From Chrysomallon squamiferum (Eukaryota; Animalia; Mollusca): a stretch of DNA of 64,000 bases. Position numbers and translations under genes: made by a program. The notes under the pieces were generated by a model. It did not search any database. It was not told the origin of the DNA and was given only the letters and a program-made list of their open reading frames with translations. The DNA lies in the NCBI GenBank assembly GCA_012295275.1, contig CM022666.1, positions 14,880,001-14,944,000 of the forward strand, in the 5' to 3' direction. Shown one piece after another: positions 39,345 to 62,021 of this stretch. Every line of letters begins with the position of its first letter. Within the stretch, counting starts at the first letter, position 1.

Positions 39345-40651
39345 GCAGCACTATACATTTCAACAGAACCTCAACATCGATCCTTAAACAACTTTTGACA
39401 AGATAATTTCTTAGTTGAGTAGGTGAGAAGAGGCACAGAAACAATCCGTGAAATAGATCTTCACGATACATCCACAATCTAGGAATCCGTATGTCTAAAT
39501 GCATCGCTCCTGCTACCTGGAATTTCACGCGTTCATCGAAGTGAGCTCGGAAACAGATCAGTACACTAGAAGATTTACGTAGTCATCTCTCGCTTAGTAT
39601 AAGTTCTCGAGTGATCAGTAAATCTCTCAGGTTTAATCTGTTTTCTCTTACATTTTCCCCCTTGTGTTCACTCTGTTAAATCTTGATATCTCGTTTACTT
39701 CTACTTCGATCCATTGCCTTTTCTAGACATTGAACAACTGGATCTCGCCAGTCTAGAAATGTTTCACACATTTCTAATGCTATGTTGATAGTATTGATGA
39801 TAAAACATACCTAGCTTAAATGGCAGAAACTGAGCACAAAATAATAATAATAACAATAACAATGATCATGGAATAAATAAATAAATAAATACTTATCTAT
39901 TTCTTTTTATTTTATTTTATTTTGCGTTATATTATTTTATTTTATTTTATTTCATTTTATTTTATTTCATTTCATTTTATTTTATTTTTAAAGTTTCTGA
40001 CAGAGGTTGTGCCTACTGTGCTAATTGTTAACTTTAATAGATTTAGGTATACAAATTATACATATATTGCACACAAAAGACTATATAATGTATATTATAT
40101 ATATTATATATGTATGTATGTATGTGTGTATGTATATATGTATATGTGCGTTGAGATTATATTTGAAAACACCCACATATTTTGTTTGAACTCACTGTTT
40201 AGTGCACACGCTTTCACCAGTCATTCATTAAAACAAACACACACAAACTCGTCAACAAATATCATTTACACAACAAATTTTAATATCATTATCTTTTCTT
40301 TACTTTTTTATTCTTTATTTTATTTTTTATTTTATTTTTTTATCATTATCATGATCATTATTATTATCATTATTATTTAATGTTTTTTTTTTGGGGGGGT
40401 CCTAATTTTAAATGTATAATATATTTTATTTGCAGTTCGTTTTGGAATGGGAGCAAACGAATGGAACTTTTTGCATGTCCATCATTAGGAACAAATTCAC
40501 GTTGCAATTCATGTTTTTACAAAACAGTTGAAAAAAATATAACCAATAACTTACATAGTTGTATTAAAAACAAAAAACGGAACATAATCAACAGCAATAA
40601 TTATATATGTATGTATATATGTATGTGTATATATGTATGTATATATGTATG

Positions 40652-40685
<34 letters not shown>

Positions 40686-41199
40686 GATAAAATAACCAAG
40701 TAAATAAATCATTGAAAACACAAGAAGCAATACAAAAGAAAAACATTCCGAGTTCAACAATAAATAACTATATTATTATTATTAAAATCACTATTTATAA
40801 ATAAGTAAATAGATAAATAAGCAAACAAATAATAAATATTTTGACAATAAAGTAACAGACTGCGTCTACTGCATCTAAGATATAGTTCTCAGAAATTGTT
40901 CAGTGGAGACGATTCATATCAGATTCAGTCACACAGTGTTTGTCTCCCTTACTACACTACACAATAATTTAATTTTTTTCGAAGACTGTTTAGCAGTTTA
41001 TATGACAAAGTAAATTCTGTTTGTATATCCTATTTGGCAATATTTCATTTCTTTATAAGTGCCGATTTTAATATAAATGTAAATCTTTTTTTTAAATATT
41101 TATTTACTTTAATACTTGTTTATTTTTTATTATTATTTTTATTTTTTTATTTTTATTTATTTATTTTTATTTATTTATTTATTTGTTTGTTTTTCTTTG

Positions 41200-42250
41200 G
41201 TGTTTTGTTGTTGTTGTGGTTGTTCTTTTGCTGTTTTGTTGTTGTTGGTCGTTGCAGGGTTTTTTATTTGTTGTTGTTCTTGCTTCTTGATGCATCTTGT
41301 TGGTTCCTATTTTGTCGTTTGTTGTTGTAGTTGGCTATTGTTATTGGTTCTTGTTGTTGCATCTTGCTGTTGGTTGTCGTTGTTGGTTGGTTGTAGCTGT
41401 TGTTGTTGATTATTGTTTTGGTTCTTGTTGGTTTTTGTTATTAGTTGTTGTTTTGTTGTGATTAATTGTTGTTGTTTTTGTTGTTATTAATTAAAAAACA
41501 AATGTTTTTATTAGCTGTTTCGTTTGTGTTGTTGCTTCCTGTTGTTTCATCTTGCTAGTGGTTGTTGTTGGTTGGTTTTTATTTTTGGTTCCTCTTCTTG
41601 TTGTTCTTTGTTGTACTTGGTTGTTGTTGCTGTTTTTTTGTTTTGTTTTTATTCTTGTTGGTTCTTGTTGTTGGTTCCTGTTGTTGTTATCGGTTGTTCT
41701 TGATCACTGGTGATGTTTGCTGTTGTTGGTTCTTGTTGTTGGTTAGTGTTATTGTTCGTTGTGTTGTTGTTCCTTGTTCTAGTTGGATGTTGTTGCTCGT
41801 TTGTGGTGTTTGCTGTTGTTGTTGTTGGTTATTGTTATTGTTGGTTGTTCTTCGTTGTTATAGTTGGTTGTTATTGCTTATTGTTGTTGGCTGCTGTTGG
41901 TTTTTGTTCTTATTACGTCTTGCTGTTTTTATTTCGTTTTTGTTCTTCCATCTTGTTGTGGTTGTTGGCAGTTGGTGATGGTTGTTGTTGTTGGTTGTTT
42001 GTTCGTGTTATCCTTGGTTGTTGTTGTAGTTGGTTGTTGTTATTTTTTGTTGTAGTTGGTTGTTGTTGTTAGTTATTGTTGGATGTTGTTTTTTGTTGTT
42101 AGTTGTTGCTGTTTTATGTGTTTTTGTTTTTGTTGGTTCTTGTTGCATCTTGTTGTTGGTTGTTGTTGTTATCGTTGGATCTGGTTGTTAGCTTTTTTTT
42201 GTTGTTGTTGTTGTTGTTGGTTTTCTTCGTTGTTGTTGCTTATTGTTGGT
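41200..42250. repeat. ~1-kb degenerate (GTT)n tract between the convergent NALF and TRIM genes
   Basis: Directly visible, with strong G+T strand skew. Confidence 0.9.
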
Positions 42251-42502
42251 GTTAAATGACATTCTTATTTTCCATGTTTTGTTCAACAATAAATGAAGAA
42301 GAGAAAGAACAGACATAAAAATAAGGGAAAGAATAAAATTGTGATAAAAAAATAGACATAGATTAAGGGAAAATAATGAATTAAAACATAAAAATAAATC
42401 AATAATTAAAAGTTGGTTTGAAAATATAACTATATCAAATCATCTTAAATAATTTGAATGTAATCTGTATTTAAAAAATCCCAAAACATCTAACTATGAA
42501 TA

Positions 42503-42552
<50 letters not shown>

Positions 42553-43069
42553 TCATCACTGCATATAAAAAAAAACAATAAAAAAAAAACAACGAAGGAA
42601 CATATTAAAAAAACAAACAGCATAATCATCTTGAATATAAGAAACTATTTACACATATTTAGCAATAAAAACAAAAAGTCAGTTCTAAAATAACACAATT
42701 ACTTTATTGTTTATATTCTTTCTTTTTATTTACAATTTTCTTGTTAAATAAAGCCAAAAAATTCAGTAATTACACCTTGCACAATATCCACAGATTTGAT
42801 AATACACAACTATTCTCACAGATTACAGCATTAACAATACATATATGAAATATGAGATCAGCAATTTATTGCAATAGCAACTAGGTAAATTCTAGTCTCA
42901 TTTCATTTATTATTTAAATGAAATCACTTTAAGTGTTTAAAATATGACCGTTACTTCACTTTATATCAGAAATATAAAAATCTTTTCAAGAAACTAATTC
43001 TTGTAATATCCTATTTCACAGTATTTCCTGTATTTAAATCTTTTTTATATTCATTTGATTTATTAGAGC

Positions 43070-43130
<61 letters not shown>

Positions 43131-43272
43131 ACACATGAAATTCAAGATTCACAAATAACTAATTTCTTCTGATAACAAGTATGAACATTATTTAAATGAA
43201 ATCACGGTTTATATGTTTAAAATAAAAACTTCATTTCAGTTTAAATCAGAAATATAAAGTGAAACATTTACC

Positions 43273-43914
43273 TGTTACACAACGTGTATTGTAATACAGT
43301 GTAATGTGTTCAAACAGTTAATTTACTCTTCACAAAAACACAGGTACACAGCACATAAAGAGTTAACTAATTAACAAAGTAGACTAGATAGTCAACATGG
43401 AGTGGAGGTGTAGAGAGACACTGTAGACTGAGGATTACTTCTAATGAGATTTAAAACTGAAAATTTACTACATTTATTACTTTTACAAATAATTTAGATA
43501 GTAAGTGTAATAGTCCATGTGTGTGTACATCTGCATGTCTGTGTGTGTATCTGTGTTTCAGTATGTGTGTGTGGATGAAACTGATAGCCTGTGTTTGTCA
43601 CTGAGAATATTTATATTTAGTTTATTTAAATATAGTACAGAGATAAACAATAACAGACAGACAGACAGTTATTTACTTTACAAATTTACTTTTGTTGTTT
43701 GTTTTTAAAGAATTACTATTTTGTTAAATAATTTTACTTTATGGGCAGATTAAAGAAGAGATCAGTTTGAGCAAAGTGGAATTCTTTGATAAATCAGGTA
43801 AAATTTTCACTTTCACATCAAAACTAGGAGGACTGAAAACAGCAAACACAGGTATCAACGGTTGTGACACGTCAACATCAGTCAGTGTGTGTACAAGTGT
43901 GTTAGTGTCTGTGT
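43273..43914. repeat. Segmental duplication, copy 1 (SPRY exon 3' end plus 3' UTR); copy 2 at 63361-64000
   Basis: Long identical runs such as CACAAAAACACAGGTACACAGCACATAAAGAG...GAGGATTACTTCTAATGAGATTTAAAACTG, same orientation, offset about 20.09 kb. Confidence 0.95.
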
Positions 43915-44385
43915 TTATAATGTGCAGAGTTTTACTTTGTGTGTCTAGTACTAGTGTAAGTGATGTGTGGACTAGTGTGTTTGTTTTATAGTCACACACT
44001 GGACTATGACACTTACCTTTACCACAGGAACAAACATATAAACACATTTTGTTGTGTTGTTTACAGCTGATAAAACTAACACACCAAGCATGTTTATTTT
44101 TATCTATTTGAATTTCCTCATCACAATGTCTCTCCTCACAGACTCCAATCTCAGCTGCTACACAATTCAGTTCTGCACTTTCTAAAATGTGACAGGTTAT
44201 TTTACTTTCCCAAATGTAACATTTGTTTTCTTTAAAACTTATGTCACCTGTTACTCCACTCATAACTTTCATCCTGTCTTCATTTTGGTTTTCTTCTACA
44301 GATCTTTTGTTAACTAATTCCTTGTTTTCATTAATACAACATGTCTCCCAATTTAGTGTTTTTTCTGAAAACTTCATTTGTGTCA
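43739..44385 (-). CDS. TRIM gene last exon: B30.2/SPRY-like domain
   Basis: Acceptor ATTTTATTTTCACAG|, open to TAA at 43739. Has SPRY-like hallmarks GDISF...YIWE, AEIGV, AWC, LVLD, LIPVFAV. A second copy is conserved at the window end. Confidence 0.8.
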
Positions 44386-44721
44386 CTGTGAAAATAAAAT
44401 ATGTTGTTAAATATTTCACTTTTACAAATTGCACTGTCACTTTATACAATTGTTAACAATCAAATACAATTTTAAATCTTGTGTTTTTACACTTAGTAAA
44501 TGAAAGTAAATAAATAAAATGTTTATTAAAATAATTTAATTCTACATTTAAATTTTATTATAATGTTGTTTACTTTCAATATACACAACTGATAATTAAA
44601 TATCTATTTAAAAAAAAAAGATTTATTGTTATTATTATTCTTGCCTTTATCAACATTATCATCATGTATTTTTATCATCATTATTATATTTAGAAGTAAC
44701 TAAATAAAAATTGTTACTTAC

Positions 44722-44799
44722 ATGAAACTTCTCTGTGGATTCCTCTGTGACTGACAGGTTCAGGTTTTAAACACAGAAGTTTTCTTGTTTCAGGTGATT
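44722..44799 (-). CDS. TRIM gene 78-nt linker exon (phase 1-1)
   Basis: Acceptor TTTTTTACAG| and donor CAT|GTAAGT. Open only in phase 1 (ESPETRKLLCLKPEPVSHRGIHREVS), the phase needed to join the RBCC exon to the SPRY exon. Confidence 0.68.
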
Positions 44800-44810
44800 C
44801 TGTAAAAAAA

Positions 44811-44870
<60 letters not shown>

Positions 44871-44891
44871 TTATTATTATTATTATTATTA

Positions 44892-44937
<46 letters not shown>

Positions 44938-46151
44938 TTAACAACTGTAAAATCAGAAGTAATACTAGTACTGTCTTTACAAAATGAAAAATTAGTAGTA
45001 GAACTTTTTATTACTTTACTAATTAGGAATAGAAATGTGAAAAATAAAAATACTGAATGAGAGAACTATTAAAATATTAACTACCTAATTAAACTGAAAA
45101 CACGTTATCTACTTATCTATACAAAATATATAAATTCAGTCAAAATTTGTGAACTTGTTAACAATGAAAAATACCGCCTCGATGTTCGCTTCTCAAAATG
45201 AGCTCGAACCAGACAAGACACGCGACTCGATGTTATAAGCTTACGTAGAAATAAAATCTACCGTAGTAACCGTAATAATAACTTACCTTTTATTATTCAG
45301 TTGCTGTATATTTTCAAATTAACGTTGTAATCTGTGTAAAGCTATGCATGTACCTCGAAATTGTTTTATACACAAAATAAAATTTTATGCGATGCCGATC
45401 AACATCTAATTAATAATAATCAAAAATTGTTTCCAGTAAAAACCAAACTCTTGTTTTCTTTTCCACAATTATTCATTACGTTTTTCATTTCCTACTGCAT
45501 TAAAGCCAAAATTGTATAACACATTATGAAACCTGAAACACTTATTATTAAAGATCGTATTTGTATCTCTTACATTTAGTAGCATTCTTTTACTGGTAGG
45601 TGTCCGTTATTCATCTCATTTGACATTCACTATGCAGCCCTGTTTTATAATTTCAAAGATATGTGAAGAAAAAGTTGATAGAACAACTATATTTCCGATC
45701 ATCACGAGAATATTGCCGCATCAGTCAACAACTCAGTGTATATCACGCATGCGCACCGGTTGAATGTTGTTATCATGTCGGTATGACAGTTTGAACTGTT
45801 TACTTTCAGACCGTTTAATAAGTAACCAGTACATTGAATAAATAGACCGGAATATTTTCAGTGAACTTCTTCTAACACATTATCTAAAGTCATTGCGTTT
45901 TGGGCGGCTGAAACATAAGCGTTTGCAATGTCAGGCTAAAAATAGATGTATTACACATGATGTTGCGGGGAAATACCAAAAACAAAATTTCACGTTCCGA
46001 TGTTCACTAACAATACATACATATATATATTTTTAATAAAAATAATCTGCAGGAAAATATTATCTACCAAACAAAACGAATTCGTTTAGGTCAGATCCAA
46101 TAGCTTTCCTCCCTTCACATTTATTATCATCATTATCAGTAAAGTTGTTAC

Positions 46152-47268
46152 CTGTATCATCCTCCTTGAAAATTACGCCATCATACAAATTAACACTTCT
46201 CTCCAACACTTTGTTGACTTCATCAAACGTGTCGTCCAAGGTGATTTGCTGCATGGGAACATCAACCAGCTGTAGACTTTCAGTTAGAGACTGAATCCTT
46301 TTTTCTAGAGATTCACACATCTGTAGAAACTCCCCACCTTTTGCAAACTGCATCGCCTGTTGACAGTACAGAACATGATCGTTCTTTTCACTTTGTGACT
46401 CGGCAATCACTTTTATCTGTTCATCGAGCACAGCTTTCTGTTTGGCTATGTTAGAAACAACATCTTGTTTCATCTGTTCCTTTCTCTCTGATAATTTTCC
46501 TATAATTGTGTCATACGAGTCATCAATTGTTTTCAAGAGATGTGCTTTGCGTGTGTCCAGTGTTGTGCTTTCTTGCTTCAGCTTTATCCTCTGTTCTGCT
46601 GAAACGTCTTTTGAGGCTTGTAACTTGGTTAATTCTGTCATGATGTAATGTTTCTTCTCTTCGTGAATGTTTTTCAAATTACAGATTAGGTGATTACTGT
46701 GAGAAACAGGAGCACAAGCAGCACAGATAGGTGACCAACACTGCTTACAAAACAGATCAAGTTTCATATTGTCATGAACTTTACACAACTCTTTCTGCTG
46801 AAGAAAATATTCATCTGAGGTGGTCTGACGCAGTTCTGTCAAAGAAATCATTTTATGTTGTTTTGTAACTTTAATTTTCTTGTGAATCACTAGACATTCA
46901 TCACACAAGTAATTGTCACAATCCTGGCACCAGTGTGTTGCTTTAGAATTTCTCTCACAGATTTGACATAATAACTGGTCCGGTTTGTTCTTCATGTTCA
47001 GATACTCCACTAAATTGCATACACTTCTGTTTCGCTCAAACGACTGTTCTATGGAGTTGTTAACAGGCCACGATTTTCTACAGTTAGGACACGTAAGTCC
47101 ATGTTCTGAATTGTTCCAGATTCTATGAAGACAAGTAGTACAGAAAGTGTGATAACACGGCAGTAAACGTGGACATTTATCTTCCTCATCAAACGATTCC
47201 TCACATTTACTACAAGTAGCAAACTCTTCTTTTAGCTCTGTAAGTGGTACAGCCGCTTTTTCAGCCAT
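46152..47268 (-). CDS. TRIM/RBCC E3 ubiquitin ligase exon (C3HC4 RING, B-box1, B-box2, coiled coil); the ORF reads on to a stop at 46060 if unspliced
   Basis: RING CSKC...PRLLPCYHTFCTTC...CPNC; B-box1 CQIC...WCQDCDNYLCDECLVIHKKIKVTKQH; B-box2 CKVH...FCKQCWSPICAAC...HSNH; then a helical heptad region. Acceptor TTTTAG| at 47305 just before the ATG; candidate donor ACAG|GTAACA at 46152. Confidence 0.93.
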
Positions 47269-48489
47269 CGTACAACAGTCTCTCTTTGTTAATGAGATGA
47301 TCCGGCTAAAACATTAAAAATATTATTGCTGATAATGATTTCATTTCTATTATTATTATTATTATTTGCTGAGGAAGCATTTAAGAACTTAACAAACTGG
47401 TTTATTTATAATTAGCACTGATTACATTGATAAATAACAGTAAGAATAATAGATAAATAAATAAATTGACCCATAACAATAACAACGATAACAATGTGAA
47501 AAGAAACAGAAAAGGAAATTAACTATTGTGTTCTGAAAAATACATGCACCATTGCTACATTGTAGAAACGTGTTTCTCTTATTATATCTTATGTTCTTAA
47601 ATTACATAATTTTTTATAAATCTTGAAATTTATGATTCGTTCATCTAGTACGTAAGATCAAATTAATATTTTCTTTTATGTCCATGAATTATTCTGTTAT
47701 CAAAATGTGATGAATGAAAGAATGTTTCCATAGTGAACAAGTTTCGAACGTTCATCAGGTGACAAACAAAATTTTTTTTTTCTTTTTTTCCTTGTCATTA
47801 CAACAATTTGAATACGTCTAAACAACTTCGACAACGACGGACACAAATACGGAGCATGTTGAATCTCAGATCTAAGACAAAACTTTCACACGTTACAGGT
47901 CGTGCGATCGCCCCTCGTTACAGAAGCAATGAGACTTTCTCTTCACTCGTTTATCAAAGAAGTATGGATTTTTACATTTATGGGAAGACAAACATAAAAT
48001 ATATCTTAGTGCTAGTAAGAGTAGTCGTTGGGGTAACGACAGCGACTTTATTTTCTTACTTGAATAAAAACAATGTTGCAAAAATCATTAGTGTATTAAT
48101 GTGAGGACGCGACGACAACAACAGTAATAACAACAAATTTAACAATAACAATAATAATAACAATAATAACAAGTAAGATAACAATACTAACAATATCACT
48201 ACTGCTAGTAGTAATAGTAGACATAACATAAGAATAAGAACTTTATTTTATCTGTGGGAAGACGTATATAAAACATATCCTATTTCTAATAGTAGACTTT
48301 ACAGTAAGGACAACGACTTTCATTTCTTACATTACTAAACACAATATAACAGAAATCAGAGTAAATCTACAAAACTGCATTAAGGAGACGCTAATAACAA
48401 ACCAAAATCATCATGATCATCACATTAACAACTGTTACAATTACAACAACAACCACAATAATAATATAAGAATAAGAAAGTGATCTTAC

Positions 48490-48555
48490 CTAAGTAAAAA
48501 TTCAGTGTTGTTTTAAGATAAAGTTGACAGTTATTTTCTTTTAAGCTTCAACTGA
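48490..48555 (-). other. Probable non-coding first exon of the TRIM gene
   Basis: Donor TTAG|GTAAGA at 48490 pairs with the acceptor at 47305; begins near an Inr-like TCAGTT (48555-48550). Confidence 0.55.
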
Positions 48556-48646
48556 GACTCGATCCAGTTCAGTGTCCTTCGTCTTTTTTATATCAGTCCT
48601 GCAGAAATAGTCCCACACTGCAGAATCCTCAAATCTCCTTATATGG
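48550..48646 (-). promoter_or_regulatory. Candidate TRIM core promoter: CArG box, TATA box, initiator
   Basis: CCTTATATGG (48637-48646) is a perfect CC(A/T)6GG. The minus strand has TATAAAAAA starting at 48592 and TCAGTT at 48555-48550. The TATA-Inr spacing (~39 nt) is longer than the canonical ~30. Confidence 0.5.
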
Positions 48647-48781
48647 CTTGATTTAACCACTGCGGTAATATTACTACGCCGTTGCACGACTGTCTTTTAA
48701 AGAGGGTCGTAACAACCTTTTGGAGAGAGGAGACCAGACATTTATGTAGTGTTTTGGGGGAGGGCCAAGATATCAAATGTA

Positions 48782-48836
<55 letters not shown>

Positions 48837-48955
48837 TATATCTCAGTCTCTCAGTTCTATCTTCAATACAGAGCACCAAACAGGGATTCTAGCAGATCTG
48901 AAGGTTTAAAGAAAAACAACGAAGTTAATGTAACAACTGATGTCCAAGTGTTCAG

Positions 48956-49021
48956 GTGGCGGGCAGGACTAAAATCTCTCGCGGGTCGGATGTGGCCCGC
49001 GGACCAAAGTCTTCCGACCCT
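48956..49021. mobile_element. Short terminal remnant of a probable hAT (Charlie/SPIN-like) DNA transposon or MITE
   Basis: GC-rich GCGGGTCGGATGTGGCCCGCGGACCAAAGTCTTCCGACCC resembles the recalled GCGGGCCGGAT..GGCCCGCGGGCC..AGTTTG..ACCCCTG subterminal pattern of such elements. No partner end or TSD was seen. Confidence 0.5.
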
Positions 49022-49929
49022 TTTTTATCATATACCTCCCTTGCTATAAAGACGTGTCTTTACCTGTGTTTGTGTGTAACCAATGATCACTGCTTATTTG
49101 AATTGTGAAACTTGAGTGAGTCACCGCACACTGAACTTTGTCACTTTTAGACAGAGCCGCATTATAAAATTTCAAGTGGTGTATACTGTTGTTGGTTTTA
49201 GCCCTGACATTATTTTAAGTTCTCTTTTTTTTCCTCCTTCTTTCCTCCTTTTCATATTCCTGTTTATTCATTCAGTTTCATTTTTTATTTATTTATTTAT
49301 TCATTTTTATTTATTTATTTATTTACTTTTACACCTCACTTAAAATTTAAAAAGTTTTAATATAAAAATACTAAAAATATTAGCTGTGTGCTTGTGACTT
49401 CCTTAAAATTTTTGTGCCGCCACAAACAAAGTACAATAAATTAACGTTTTCATTAATTAATATATACATATAAATAAATCCATAAATAGGTACATTTATA
49501 GAAATATACAAATAAATAGATAAATAAATACATATATAAACAAACAAACAGATACTAATATTAAATAATTTAATATGTTGATTTCTCCTTTTCTAATTAT
49601 TAAACAAACACTGAAGTCTTGATTGTTTTGTTCTTTAGTTTAACATGCGTGGGTCAAACGAATATTTGTTTATGATGTAACCATGGCGATGATCTTTTCT
49701 CTTGACTTTGATGTAAGTACAGTCATACATCGATTAACCATGATGAAACATGAATTATAACGTTTCTTTCAATCAAACAAGATTTATATAGGTGAAACAA
49801 CATGTAAAACTAAATTTTAAAATTTGTTTGCACTGTTATTCTAAGAAGAATGTTTCAAAACTATCTCAGACACACATGCACATACACAAACATCCACATA
49901 TACTTGTTTTGTTTTCTTTGTCATGTTAA

Positions 49930-59350
<9,421 letters not shown>

Positions 59351-60343
59351 ACTGACTTAAAAGAATAATAATATTGTCTTTGAAATAAAGTTATCCCATC
59401 GAATGCTTTGTTCATATAACAAGTAGGCAGTTGTTTCAACAGACAGAAAGTGAAACCTAATCTTGATACGAATCCAAAGAAATGGATATATATATATATC
59501 TATATATATACATATATATTTTATTTTTTGAAAAAGGTAAAGTTCAGTTAATAATCCTTTTTCTCGCGACCATGAAAAACAAATATTCATATTGACACAT
59601 CTATCAATCATAACATTAATAGACAGAATAGCTAATAGCAATGGTTAACATCAGTTCTTATTTTGGAAGAGTGGGATGACACCTGGAACTGCACGTCACA
59701 ATTATGTTCACAGTGACTGGTTTGACTTTGTTCCAGCACAGTTACCCTGAATCAAACATTGTTCTCAACACGTGGATTTGGTCTGAACTGCTTGCTTCTC
59801 AGTGCAGACATCATGAGTTGAATACAGATCAGTAGCGCATACTTCAGACTGGTTGACAGAATATTTTACTTTCAGAATTCCACCCTTGACAGTTACTATA
59901 TATATATCTCACTGTCACTGCATTCAGTCACAAAAACAGATAGTAATCATGAGGGATTTTTTAAATTTATTTTTCGTTTTTCTTTATCCATTTTTAATTT
60001 TTAATTTAATTTAATTTATTTATTTATTATTATTATTATATTATTATTATTTTTTTTTTGACATTTGTGAGCCTTCGCGGTTTTTTTTTTTTTTTTTTTT
60101 TTTTCAGTTCAGAGACTCTTTTGTTGTCATTGTAAACCTGAACAAAGTTTCTTTAAACATGTTTTCAACATCCGTCTTGCTAGACGTATTAATTCGTCAT
60201 AAGGGGACAGTACTCTGTTACTTAAAATACTGTTCTGCTATACAGACGAGTTATCTCACTTGATGATAGTAATTTGTTTTACATTCCGCATTACAAATTT
60301 AAACTAGAGATATAGGAAAGCTACCAATTACTGTTCCATGTCC

Positions 60344-60397
<54 letters not shown>

Positions 60398-60755
60398 TGA
60401 TTCATTTATTTTTCTCTATTTTATAGTTTCTTCCTTTCTTCTTCTTGTTCTTTTCTTTTATACAATTGGATTATACTGTTTTCATCTGTTTACTTTTATG
60501 TAAATAAATAGTCATAAATACGTACACCGTTCATCCATACATCCATACATAGGAACAGATACACACACTACAAAAACATATTCCCAAAACCCAAAGTTGT
60601 GTGTAAACAGATTATTATAAAATCTTTTCTGCCGCGTAAAACAAGAATAAACTCATTGGGTTTGGTGGAATTAACACAATGCGGTAAGTGAGGTTATTTC
60701 ATCTTTAGACAAACATATATACATATGTATGTGTATCTATCTGTCTACCTGTCTA

Positions 60756-60861
<106 letters not shown>

Positions 60862-61628
60862 CATACATATATATACATTTGTCTCTGTGTCTGTGTGACT
60901 GTATGTCTGTGTGCGTGTCTAAACAAAGAACAATAAGAGTAAAAAAAAAAATGTAATAAAACAATGTGGCTAAGATGATGAAGTCATGATGATGTTAAGA
61001 AATTCAAAAATATAAAATACTGACATAACAATTAGGATGATGATGATGATGATGAATAACAAACTAGTTTATTATTATTAGAAAAATCTGCGAGGACGTA
61101 GCAAGGTTGTATGAATAGATTCCTACTCGCTTCACTAGGAAATTAATCATGTATGCCTCTTGTTATTACTTTTCCAGACATTTATATTACCACTGAGCAG
61201 ATCCATTGCTTCAAATGGCATGGAGTAGACTTTTAGCTTGTATAAGAATAAAGTGATTTTTTGTTGAAAAAAGAAATAATAACAATAGACACTCACATCC
61301 AGAAGTGAGTGACAGGTTAGTAACTATTGAAAGTTCTGAGTTTTATGTAACGTAATCCTCTAGGCAGCCATCTGTAATTGTTTCAAACATTCTTGTGACA
61401 TTTTTATGACATTCTGCGACTGTACAAGTTTTTATCCTCCCAAGTTATTATTTAATTTTCTGTTACCTGACACCACTTTATAACAAGCACAACAATAAAA
61501 TAATTCTGCTATAAAACATTTCAAATCAGCCATTTGAGACCACTGCACTGGTCTTGTGACGTCATCACGTACAACACCATAACACGTAGCGGACTGAATC
61601 TTGTGAATACATTAAAAGAAAAGTTTAA

Positions 61629-61685
<57 letters not shown>

Positions 61686-61968
61686 AATAAATAAATAAAT
61701 CCTTCCACGGTCATATTTTGTTGTCATTCTTAGCAATTAAGATTGGACACAACCACAAATACCACACAACTTAGATGTAAACACAATATATTTAGACTTT
61801 CTCTTTCTATCACAACACTACACTTTGACTGCAGAGTCCTCAACACGTTTTACAGAAAACTGTCAGTAACATCTACTTGTCATATACTGACGACAAGTGA
61901 GAGGAAACCGTATGTTTATATCCATCCGTTTATTTTGTAATCCTTACACACACACACACACACACACT

Positions 61969-62021
<53 letters not shown>

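Noticed and set aside
41034-42259. Cys/Leu/Val-rich ORFs
   Set aside because: Products of the degenerate (GTT)n tract.
42905-43258. ~75-nt diverged direct repeat (42905-42980 and 43185-43258) downstream of the SPRY exon
   Set aside because: Real but short and very AT-rich, with no evidence of function.
45574-45639. 66-nt AG/GTAAGA-bounded segment in the TRIM intron
   Set aside because: Two stops in the required frame and a weak acceptor.
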